From an uncultured Gammaproteobacteria bacterium (lineage in GTDB: Bacteria; Pseudomonadota; Gammaproteobacteria; Steroidobacterales; UBA11654), in assembly GCA_964008355.1 (NCBI GenBank), contig CAXGBD010000002.1:1-44928 (forward strand): 44,928 nucleotides of DNA. The letters are read 5' to 3'. The notes below the pieces were generated by a model. The model saw only the letters and a list, made by a program, of their open reading frames with translations, was not told where the DNA came from and searched no databases. A program made the position numbers and the translations under genes. Positions 8,348 to 17,001 of the stretch are shown piece after piece; positions within the stretch are counted from its first letter, which is position 1, and each line of letters begins with the position of its first letter.

Positions 8348-9283
8348 TTACTTAGAGGTTCTCTCTTGGACATCTATTCTGAGTCCTGCAGGGGATCTTA
8401 AACTACAAACAGGACCGTTTCCATATATTAAATTAAGATCTCCAAAATGGGCTAGATCAACCCCTATTGTTTTTGCTTTTTGAGTGAATGCTTTCATAGA
8501 ATTGGTTAAAAAAGAGCAATGCAAAACCCCTAGTGCGGGGGGAGAAGCTAATTTAAAACGGTTCACTTGATCGGATGCTCCTACATAGCTAATGATTTCT
8601 ACTGTCCCATATCTGTCTTTTTCATCACCGGAGAGTAGTCTTAGATTCAATCCTCCCCCTTGGGGTAAACCAATCATTTTCTCGATGTGTTCTCCAAATA
8701 ACTCTTCGTGTAGAGTTTCTTTCAAGTTGAATAGATCCGAATAGAATTTTCCTTCCCTGGCGGTATCCGGAACGATGACCACCAAGGAGGTGATACCACC
8801 ATAACCTTTTGCCGATAATTTTATTTTCTCTTCTAGCCACTCCATGAAAACAATATTTGTTTCATCGTGACCGGGCATTTGTACTTCAATGACATCTGCT
8901 TGTAATGTTTCTATCCTGTATTCGATGTACTTGGATCTGAATGAATAACCCATTTGTTGCAACTCATCATATTTTTTTGGTAAATCTTTGCAGGAAAGGT
9001 CCAGATTCTTGGGACCCAAATCGGTGCTATTGGCATCTTTTCTGACGGGATCATTGGGAGTCTTAAATTCCACTAAGTGAAGTTGACCAATTTCGACTCC
9101 AGGCGTTCTGACTAAAGCTTGAGTTCTTATATTATCGGGATCTATCCCCCATAGTGTTGCTAAGTTTTCATCTAAACCAGTTATTTTCTTTACCAATTCT
9201 AGATCAAACGTATCAACCCAAAGATCAAGTGCTGAATTGAGGTTCTCTACTCCTATTGCGATGGTTGAAATTGAACTGGGCAT
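8348..9283 (-). CDS. Two-domain VOC (glyoxalase / extradiol dioxygenase) family protein
   Basis: 311 aa with two glyoxalase-like beta-alpha-beta-beta-beta modules by eye (IAIGVENLNSALDLW..., ITSLVVIVPDTAREGKFY...). It lies 26 nt upstream of the MFS gene on the same strand. Confidence 0.55.
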   Translation of the reverse strand: MPSSISTIAIGVENLNSALDLWVDTFDLELVKKITGLDENLATLWGIDPDNIRTQALVRTPGVEIGQLHLVEFKTPNDPVRKDANSTDLGPKNLDLSCKDLPKKYDELQQMGYSFRSKYIEYRIETLQADVIEVQMPGHDETNIVFMEWLEEKIKLSAKGYGGITSLVVIVPDTAREGKFYSDLFNLKETLHEELFGEHIEKMIGLPQGGGLNLRLLSGDEKDRYGTVEIISYVGASDQVNRFKLASPPALGVLHCSFLTNSMKAFTQKAKTIGVDLAHFGDLNLIYGNGPVCSLRSPAGLRIDVQERTSK

Positions 9284-9466
9284 AAGGGTTCTATCTTTTA
9301 TTTTTAATTTAAATCAACGTATCACAGATCTTCATCACAATCCTTGATCTAGATCTATGTTTAACCAGTTTATCCCTCGTTTTGCTAGCATGGTCTCTGA
9401 TGAAAAATACTGCTATTGTAGGTAGAATAAGCAATCTAATGAATGATTGATTCAAATACTGGGAAA

Positions 9467-10654
9467 ATGTTTTCGCAAGATAATCTACCGCTTAAAGGAA
9501 TAAAAGTTACAGAGTTCACCCATATGATTATGGGACCTGCGGTAGGTGCTATTCTTGCTGATTTGGGTGCTGAAGTTATCAGAATTGAACCGGTTACTGG
9601 AGATAAGACGAGATTATTGCCTGGTTCTGGGATTGGCTTTTTTACTTCTTTTAATCGAAATAAAAGATCTATTGCTCTGGATATAAAATCAGACCAAGGC
9701 AAGGATATTGCATTAAAACTGATTCAGGAATCAGATGTACTGATCGAGAATTTCAGACCTGGCACCATGGAAAGACTTGGATTCGGCTACGAGGATCTGA
9801 AACCTTTAAACAACAGGTTGATTTATTGCTCAGCCAAAGGATTTCTCCAGGGCCCTTATGAAAATAGAACAGCCTTGGATGAAATTGCTCAAATGATGGG
9901 TGGGCTTGCTCATATGACCGGACCCATTGGCCAGCCTTTGAGAGCTGGTTCATCGGTGATTGACATTATGGGTGGTATGTTTGGTGTCATTGGTATTTTA
10001 GCTGCTTGCGAACAACTAAAAACTACTGGTAGAGGCCAAAAAATAACCAGTGCTTTATTTGAAAATGTGGCGTATTTGATGACACAACATATGGCTCAAT
10101 ATGCCATTACTGGAGAAGCGGTTCCACCGATGCCGGTTCGTAAATCCGTTTGGGCTATTTATGAGGTCTTTCAAACCAAGGGGGATGAGCAAGTGTTTGT
10201 TGGGGTTGTCAGCGATGCACAGTGGCAATCATTTTGTAAGGCTTTTGATTTACTGGAATTGTTAGAGAATTCTGATTTGAATGAAAATGCCGGCAGAGTG
10301 GAGCATAGAGATCTCATCATCCCCATCATCACTGAAACATTCAAACAATATACCAAATTGGAGTTGATGCAGAAATTGGAAGAAACAGGATTACCGTTTG
10401 CACCGATATCCAAGCCAGAAGACCTTTTCGAAGATCCGCATTTGAATGCATCTGATGGTTTGGTTGCAATCGATCTTCCCGAAGGAGGGCAAGTTAAACT
10501 ACCAACTTTGCCGATAGAAATGGATGGCAATCGATTTGGGGTGAGGTATCAACCTTCACAACCTGGAGAGCACACCAGAGAGATTTTGAGAGAGCTTGAT
10601 TTTGACGATGAGATAATTGATCAGATGGTGAATGAATCGGTTGTGTCAGAATAA
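9467..10654 (+). CDS. Family III CoA-transferase (CaiB/BaiF type)
   Basis: N-terminus PLKGIKVTEFTHMIMGPAVGAILADLGAEVIRIEP is the family signature. ATG 9467 gives the usual N-terminal length, and the track start at 9443 is also possible. Confidence 0.85.
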   Translation: MFSQDNLPLKGIKVTEFTHMIMGPAVGAILADLGAEVIRIEPVTGDKTRLLPGSGIGFFTSFNRNKRSIALDIKSDQGKDIALKLIQESDVLIENFRPGTMERLGFGYEDLKPLNNRLIYCSAKGFLQGPYENRTALDEIAQMMGGLAHMTGPIGQPLRAGSSVIDIMGGMFGVIGILAACEQLKTTGRGQKITSALFENVAYLMTQHMAQYAITGEAVPPMPVRKSVWAIYEVFQTKGDEQVFVGVVSDAQWQSFCKAFDLLELLENSDLNENAGRVEHRDLIIPIITETFKQYTKLELMQKLEETGLPFAPISKPEDLFEDPHLNASDGLVAIDLPEGGQVKLPTLPIEMDGNRFGVRYQPSQPGEHTREILRELDFDDEIIDQMVNESVVSE

Positions 10655-10659
10655 CCGCA

Positions 10660-12024
10660 TTAGTGTGATTCGGCATAATTTCCTGTTTGACTTTCGGTTA
10701 TATGTTTTCGGTAATGTTTGATGCATTTAAATCCTGCGATAATGCCAATGATCCCGACTGTGATTGATACCATGGTCATGGAATAGCGAATCATGCTTTC
10801 ATCTTTGAAAAAGTAATCGTTTAGTAGTCCCACACTAGTAGGCCCTAGTGTGTAACCTGTCATGCTGATGACAAAGTAATAGATGGCGGTGACTTGTCCT
10901 CTGATTTGATTAGGAGTGATGTTGATTATTGCAATGGGGGCAAGAGCTGTCTGGGCAGCTGCAGTAATTATTTGAGGAAGAAACATCAGAGTTGCTAACT
11001 GATAAGTAGGCATCAGGGGCACTAGTGAGGCGCTGACGGCCATTATGATGAAGCAATACGCGAACAATTTAACGTGTGCAGCATTATCACCCTTGTTAAA
11101 TAGTTTATCTCCAAATACACCACTCATGGTTGCACCAAGTGGTCCACCGATAAGAAACACCAATCCTTGCCAAAGTGCAATTGTGCCGATGTCTATGTTA
11201 TATGTTCTGATGTACATTGCAGGCATCCATGACAAGAATGCATATCCAATCAGAACTGAACATGCCATCGATAGAAACAACCATCCATAAGTTTTCTTTC
11301 TTGCTAAAAGAAAATCAATCGTTTGTTTTACGGAAATTTCATCGGTCTGCTGACCGTCTTGTCCCCTGATTATTATTTTGTCTTTTCTTGAAGGTTCTTT
11401 AACGGTTCTCATCAGCACTGCAACAATTAACCCTGGGAGACCCACCAACAGAAATAGAGCTTGCCAGGCGAAAATTTCACCTATGTATGGAAGGATGATT
11501 GGAGGCGCATCGCTGACATAGGCTATAATTTGCCCCCCACCGATGAACGCTATGCCAGATCCAACAGAGACACCCATATTGAAAAATCCCAAGGCCTTGC
11601 CCCGTTTCTCAGCGGGGAAGTAATCACTGATCATTGATAGTCCACTGGGACTTAGAGTCGCTTCTCCAACGCCTACACCAACGCGAGCTAGGAACAACTG
11701 AGTGTAATTCCTAGCCAATCCACAGGCTGCCGTCATCAGACACCAGATTGTTATGCCTGTGGCAATAATTGCTCTTCTGCTTTTTTTATCTGCCAATCGG
11801 CCAATGGGTATGCCCATGGTTGTATAAAACAGTGCAAACGCAAATCCCAACAATAAACTAACTTGAGTATCAGACAGATCCAAGTCTGTTTTTACATCTT
11901 GCACTACCAAGGCAAGTATTTGACGATCTAGAAATGAAACAATATAGGCAATGGTTAGAATAATAACGGCATACCAAGCTCTTTTATTTGAAGGGTAGGT
12001 TTGGATCGTATTGTTTTCAGACAT
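10660..12024 (-). CDS. MFS transporter (Spinster-like)
   Basis: 454 aa with LDRQILALVV, GRLADKKSRR and about 12 TM segments. It is the last gene of the amine-oxidase operon. Confidence 0.8.
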   Translation of the reverse strand: MSENNTIQTYPSNKRAWYAVIILTIAYIVSFLDRQILALVVQDVKTDLDLSDTQVSLLLGFAFALFYTTMGIPIGRLADKKSRRAIIATGITIWCLMTAACGLARNYTQLFLARVGVGVGEATLSPSGLSMISDYFPAEKRGKALGFFNMGVSVGSGIAFIGGGQIIAYVSDAPPIILPYIGEIFAWQALFLLVGLPGLIVAVLMRTVKEPSRKDKIIIRGQDGQQTDEISVKQTIDFLLARKKTYGWLFLSMACSVLIGYAFLSWMPAMYIRTYNIDIGTIALWQGLVFLIGGPLGATMSGVFGDKLFNKGDNAAHVKLFAYCFIIMAVSASLVPLMPTYQLATLMFLPQIITAAAQTALAPIAIINITPNQIRGQVTAIYYFVISMTGYTLGPTSVGLLNDYFFKDESMIRYSMTMVSITVGIIGIIAGFKCIKHYRKHITESQTGNYAESH

Positions 12025-12041
12025 CTGGGTTCAATTAGTTA

Positions 12042-12698
12042 TTATTTTTCCATCCAGCTTAAATCAATTTTTTTATTAGCATCCAAGACTGAATATATTT
12101 TGCCAATTGTTGTTTTATCTTCGATGCATTTTATGATCATGAGTGCCAGATCTTCACGGGACATTCTTCCCAGAATGCACTCTTCTGTCAAGAGACCATC
12201 ACCCGTGGCAGAGTCATTGGTGAGTTGACCCGGTCTAATGATTGTAAAATCCAAACCAGAGTTTCTAAGAATATTCTCTGCCTTTGTTTTTTCGTCAGTG
12301 ATGGGACCTAGTATTGGTTTTAGAACATCTGGCAAATGAGGCTTGCTTTCTCCTGAACCAATGCTAGTGATGAAAATGAGTCTTTTAAATTCAAGGTCAA
12401 CTGCCGATTCAATAATATATTTATTGCCCAAGAAATCAGATCTGGTTCCTTGTTCATTACTCGATCCACCTACTAAGCTAATGACCGTGGCCTCATTGGT
12501 GATGTTACTCATAGCATTAATGACTTGATTGGCATTTAATGCATCTGCTAAGAAAGCATTAGCCCCTAAGGCACTCAAATACTCTCTATCTTTTTCCTTT
12601 CGAGCAGCTGTGTATAAAATATAACTCTTTTTTAGAAGTAGTTTTGATAGAGCCAAGCCGGTGGCTCCTGTTGCCCCGAACAGAATAACAGTTGTCAT
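12042..12698 (-). CDS. NAD(P)H-binding atypical SDR (NmrA / flavin-reductase-like)
   Basis: 218 aa with an N-terminal ILFGATGATG Rossmann motif. Confidence 0.7.
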   Translation of the reverse strand: MTTVILFGATGATGLALSKLLLKKSYILYTAARKEKDREYLSALGANAFLADALNANQVINAMSNITNEATVISLVGGSSNEQGTRSDFLGNKYIIESAVDLEFKRLIFITSIGSGESKPHLPDVLKPILGPITDEKTKAENILRNSGLDFTIIRPGQLTNDSATGDGLLTEECILGRMSREDLALMIIKCIEDKTTIGKIYSVLDANKKIDLSWMEK

Positions 12699-12710
12699 TC
12701 AATCAACTTG

Positions 12711-14138
12711 CTAGAGATTCAGTAAAATGTCAAGAGCAGCACGTTCACCAGCCTCCATGGCTCCTTCCATTCCTGTTGATAGGCGAGCGGTATGAGTTCC
12801 TGCAAAATAGAGTCGTCCGAATGGTTTCGTTAAAATATCACTAAATTTCTTGATTTGCCCTGGACTTAGATAGGCTCCATGGCCTTTGGTCCAGGGATGG
12901 GTGTGCCAATTTTGTACTGCTATGGGCTCTACTTTTCCTTTGGAACTGGGGCGAATTTTAGCCAACTCATCTATGAGATCTTGGACGATGATGTCATCGT
13001 TTTTGTCTTGCCATTTTTTTGTTCGATTGCCAGAGATTGATATCCAATAGTAACCGTGACCCTCTGGGTCTCTGGTCATTTTCACCCAAGTACCGGTTCC
13101 TTCGGCCCACATTATCGGAGGGAGCCCATCTTTTTCCCAGAACGGTTCTTTGATATCAAGAAAAACGGAAATATTTTCATCATAGGGTATTTGCTCTACT
13201 GCAGCTGCATGGAGTTCTGGCAGGGTAGGTTCGATGGTTATTTCTCGAAGCATAGTTAATGGAGTGGTACACACGGCATACTGAGCCTTATAGGTTCTTC
13301 CCGTGCTGTCTTTAATTTCAACACCTTCATCTTTGACTCGAATACCAGTTACTTTTGTGTTTAAGTCAATGTTGCGTTTGAGTAGTGTTGTCATGCCGTC
13401 GGTCAATCGACTCGTACCTCCCTCAATGCCAAACAAGGTATTCACTTCACGAAAGGAAAATAATCTTTGTAAACGTAGTTGCCATAGGGTAGAGACTTCA
13501 CGAAGATCTTTACCGGTGTGTCGCTCTTGGATAATTCTCAATGCCTCTGGATCAATATTTTGTTGTTGTAGGTAGTCGTAGTAGGAAGTATCCAAATAGG
13601 CAGCTTCGGGTTCCAACCACGAGCCTAAATGTTCAAGCGGCGATTGTTTAGGGAAAAATGCATTGGCCTGCGCTATGGGTGGCAATGACTTGGTCTTACC
13701 CATAATCTTGTTTGTCGGTGAAGTTGCCCATTGTTCCATCGCTACAGTTTTTCCATTGATGTAGAACGACATGGCTGGAAAACCAGTGCCAGTTCCCGGT
13801 CCTAACCAAGGGATAAAAGCAAGCCCGAGACGTTTAGCCATATCCACTGTCCGAGGGTGAGATTCAGCGCTTAACTCATTCGCTCCCGCATTCGGCTTAT
13901 GTTTCTTATCATCCAGAGTGTAAACACGACCGCCAATACGATTACTGCCTTCCAGGATCAGAACGTCTAAACCTTGTTCTTCTAAAATTAAAGCCGTGTT
14001 GAGCCCAGATACCCCTGCGCCGATGACGATAACTTGGGCATCTTGATTTCCTGATCTACCAAAAGCTAGTTCTCCAGGAACAGCTACTGCTGCGCCTAAC
14101 AATTGTATTGTACGTCTACGGTTAATAAGTGTTTTCAT
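12711..14138 (-). CDS. Flavin-containing amine oxidase with a twin-arginine signal
   Basis: Tat-like N-terminus INRRRTIQLLGAAVA, the FAD motif VIGAGVSGL...EGSNRIGGR, and the C-terminal FAGTHT...GMEGAMEAGERAA motif typical of the amine-oxidase family. Confidence 0.8.
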   Translation of the reverse strand: MKTLINRRRTIQLLGAAVAVPGELAFGRSGNQDAQVIVIGAGVSGLNTALILEEQGLDVLILEGSNRIGGRVYTLDDKKHKPNAGANELSAESHPRTVDMAKRLGLAFIPWLGPGTGTGFPAMSFYINGKTVAMEQWATSPTNKIMGKTKSLPPIAQANAFFPKQSPLEHLGSWLEPEAAYLDTSYYDYLQQQNIDPEALRIIQERHTGKDLREVSTLWQLRLQRLFSFREVNTLFGIEGGTSRLTDGMTTLLKRNIDLNTKVTGIRVKDEGVEIKDSTGRTYKAQYAVCTTPLTMLREITIEPTLPELHAAAVEQIPYDENISVFLDIKEPFWEKDGLPPIMWAEGTGTWVKMTRDPEGHGYYWISISGNRTKKWQDKNDDIIVQDLIDELAKIRPSSKGKVEPIAVQNWHTHPWTKGHGAYLSPGQIKKFSDILTKPFGRLYFAGTHTARLSTGMEGAMEAGERAALDILLNL

Positions 14139-14394
14139 TCCATCTCCTAAAAAAATAGTACAAACAGCTACATCTTAGATGATGTAGAGACTAGACATTA
14201 ACATAGGTCTTTGTCTAGTAATTGATATAGATCAGTTTTTATATGATTTAGATCAATTTCAAAACCAATATCAATCTATATCATTGATAAGTAATGGATA
14301 TTGATATTATTCTTGAAGCCGGTTTAGTAGTCTGCAAACTAAAATCTTGCTCTCGACTTAGGGCGGAAGATAGGAAGATTAGGAGGGACGAGTT

Positions 14395-15552
14395 ATGATG
14401 TTTACTAATGTTTGGTATGTAGCTGAATCGAGCGATAAAATCAAGGATCAGCCTGTGGGAGTGACAATGTTGGGCCGGGATTTCGTGCTATTTCGCGATC
14501 AGTCCGGTAAACCAGTTTGTCTCAGTGGCGTTTGTCCACACCGCGGGGCTGACTTGTCTCAGGGAAAGTGTGAGCCTGATGGCACGGTCGGTTGTCCTTT
14601 TCATGCGTGGCGTTTTGACAGTAACGGCAGATGCACAAAGATTCCTTCCAACAAAGATCCGGTCGGTGAGATTCCCGATGCAGCACGTGTTGATTCTTAC
14701 CCAACGGAAGAAAAATATGGTTACATCTGGGTATTCTTGGGCGATGATCTAGAAAATGCAGAGCCAATCTTCGACATACCAGAATACAAAGATTCGGCAT
14801 GGTCCAGTGTGACACATGCCGTGACCTGGAACTGTAATCAGCATTGGGCAAAGCAGCTTGATCTCGATCACGTGCATTTACCGATCGTACATGGTATCGG
14901 CTTCGGTGGTGACAACCCAGTTAGACCCCCGGATCATACGGTTGAATATCGTAATGACGGCGGCTTTGAAGCCAAGATCTCTGGCAAGCCGGATATCACA
15001 AAGGGCAAGTGGTTGGAGCTACGCGATACACGCAGTGAGGTGTCTTCGAAATTCAAGTATTTCGTGCCTGGATTTACATCACGTGGCAAAGTTGCTGTCG
15101 GCGGGGTAGAAAAAGGGCTCTATAACATTTTCTATCAGTTCACGACACCGATCGATGAAGAACACACGCGGATGTACTACACGTTTTTCCGTAACTTCAT
15201 GACGGGACCGGAGGGTGATGCTGAACACCTGCGCCGCAATTGTCGGAATATTTATCAGGATAAATCATTGGCGGAAAAGGTCATGCCGAAACGAGCACCG
15301 GATGTACCGGTCTATCCGATGATTACCGCAGACCGCGAGGATAAACTTATCGGTGCATATTGGAAAGTCCTTCAGAACTTGCGGAGCAAGGGCTGGCAGA
15401 TCGACCGGGTACAGCTTGAAGCGTTGGATCAAAACGGTGACCACCGGACTATCCCTTCACCCGCACGTCGGCAGGAAGGTCCTGAGAAATGGGTATTCGA
15501 AGAAATACCCCGCATTGCTGGCACTGATAAGGCACAGCGTGATATAGCCTGA
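14395..15552 (+). CDS. Rieske non-heme-iron oxygenase (subfamily A), GC-rich copy
   Basis: CPHRG...CPFHAW plus DHVHLPIVH, with an AGGAGG site 8 nt upstream. It is a clear paralogue of 3915..5030 but has much higher GC and GC-ending codons. Confidence 0.85.
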   Translation: MMFTNVWYVAESSDKIKDQPVGVTMLGRDFVLFRDQSGKPVCLSGVCPHRGADLSQGKCEPDGTVGCPFHAWRFDSNGRCTKIPSNKDPVGEIPDAARVDSYPTEEKYGYIWVFLGDDLENAEPIFDIPEYKDSAWSSVTHAVTWNCNQHWAKQLDLDHVHLPIVHGIGFGGDNPVRPPDHTVEYRNDGGFEAKISGKPDITKGKWLELRDTRSEVSSKFKYFVPGFTSRGKVAVGGVEKGLYNIFYQFTTPIDEEHTRMYYTFFRNFMTGPEGDAEHLRRNCRNIYQDKSLAEKVMPKRAPDVPVYPMITADREDKLIGAYWKVLQNLRSKGWQIDRVQLEALDQNGDHRTIPSPARRQEGPEKWVFEEIPRIAGTDKAQRDIA

Positions 15553-15616
15553 ACGCAATCGATCAATGTCGGAACCAAGGTACCGGCTGCAATACAACAG
15601 ATTAAGGAGAGCAACG

Positions 15617-15973
15617 ATGAGTCGAGTAAGTAAAATCAACAAAGAACAAAGTGACGGACACTGGAATCTTGTGCGTTTCCGATCAGATGCGTATGACGCC
15701 TGCCAGGCACTTGAAGAAATCGCCTTCGCTGATGGCGCCTTGTCGACAAAGACCAAGGAACTAATGGCGGTTAGTATTTCAATACAAACTGGATGTGAGG
15801 CTGCTATTCAGAAGCACATCGACCGGGCCGCTGAACAGGGAGCAAGTTTTGAGGAGTCATTAGAAGCTATTGAGGTAAGTATCGCCATGGGTGGCAGTAC
15901 AGCCGCTGCCGCTGCGCATGTCGCTTTTTATGCCTTGGACCAGGTCTACTCACGCGAAATTCTCAAGTTCTAA
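15617..15973 (+). CDS. Carboxymuconolactone decarboxylase (CMD/AhpD-like) family protein
   Basis: The pattern FADGALSTKTKELMAVSISIQTGCEAAIQKHIDRAAEQGAS matches CMD-family proteins, with only the first Cys of the usual CxxC present. ATG 15617 follows AAGGAG, and the track start at 15566 has no such site. Confidence 0.65.
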   Translation: MSRVSKINKEQSDGHWNLVRFRSDAYDACQALEEIAFADGALSTKTKELMAVSISIQTGCEAAIQKHIDRAAEQGASFEESLEAIEVSIAMGGSTAAAAAHVAFYALDQVYSREILKF

Positions 15974-16037
15974 CTATAAACAGCCTCTGGAGAAATTCTA
16001 AGCCAGACTGAGTGCCTCTCAAGAGCGAATAACCTGG

Positions 16038-16955
16038 ATGCATCACCTAGAATTCAACAAGACAGGTCCTTTGCAAATCTTTTACGATCTGTTTGAAGAG
16101 CATATGTCCCTGGATGACAATTACCAGTTCTACTCGAACAGCAAAAAAGCAGGAATCAACACGTTTCTCAGCTCCGATATATTCAGCGCTGAGAAAGTTT
16201 CAACGATCATCCTTGAAGAATATTCAATCCGGGGAAAACTGGGCGGCAACGTCATGTTGACTTTTCCCGATCCTGAATACGATGTGCCTATTTTTGCATT
16301 TCAGCTGGGCGGGAATGCCACCAAATCCAAATCATTTGCCCTGTTAGATATCAGTCCAACATTACCCGATTTAGACTACGAGCCTCTGATTCCGGTATTC
16401 GAAAAATACAGAAAACTTCTCGACTTGCCTCGATCAAAAATTGATTGGGTCAATAGCACGAGCTCGCCGTACCTGCTGCTTTGCCAATACGATACTCTGG
16501 ATATCAAGCTGTTCCTCGAAGCCACAAGGGAATACCTGAAGGTATGGATCGAACATTATTACAAACCGGGCAAAAAACTAACCAATGAAAAGGCCTTTGA
16601 GAACGTCAACAATGCCATCATTAAATACAAACGGGTCCTGCACGACAACGATCCTGCTTACGGCATATTTCACAAAGAGTGGGGCGAACCCGTCGCCGAC
16701 GCATTCTTTTATATAGAGACCCGCAATCATCCATCAATCCCACCGCCGGATCATTCCGGAAAGACAAAAAAAGCATGGGAAAACAAGAGCTTGAATATTC
16801 TCTGGGAAATCCAGGCACAGGAGCGCGTTTTACAGGCTCCCGAGCAGGTACAAAAGCGTATTATTGACACCATTGAAGCGAAAGCGTCTGACGACAATAT
16901 GGGAATCATCACGCTGGAATTATTCGACAAATATAAAGAAGCTATATTCGTCTAA
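16038..16955 (+). CDS. Divergent ferredoxin-dependent bilin reductase (FDBR)-fold protein with a C-terminal extension
   Basis: Hand alignment to remembered PcyA. ILEEYSIRGKLGGNVMLTFPDPEYDVPIFAFQLGG...LLDISPT aligns with [36 protein letters not shown]...IADLSPT. NDPAYGIFHKEWGEPVADAFF aligns with [21 protein letters not shown]. Confidence 0.5.
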   Translation: MHHLEFNKTGPLQIFYDLFEEHMSLDDNYQFYSNSKKAGINTFLSSDIFSAEKVSTIILEEYSIRGKLGGNVMLTFPDPEYDVPIFAFQLGGNATKSKSFALLDISPTLPDLDYEPLIPVFEKYRKLLDLPRSKIDWVNSTSSPYLLLCQYDTLDIKLFLEATREYLKVWIEHYYKPGKKLTNEKAFENVNNAIIKYKRVLHDNDPAYGIFHKEWGEPVADAFFYIETRNHPSIPPPDHSGKTKKAWENKSLNILWEIQAQERVLQAPEQVQKRIIDTIEAKASDDNMGIITLELFDKYKEAIFV

Positions 16956-17001
16956 ACCGTCCGGTTAAACCTAATAAAAAAATGCACTTTTTTTAACTTT
17001 C

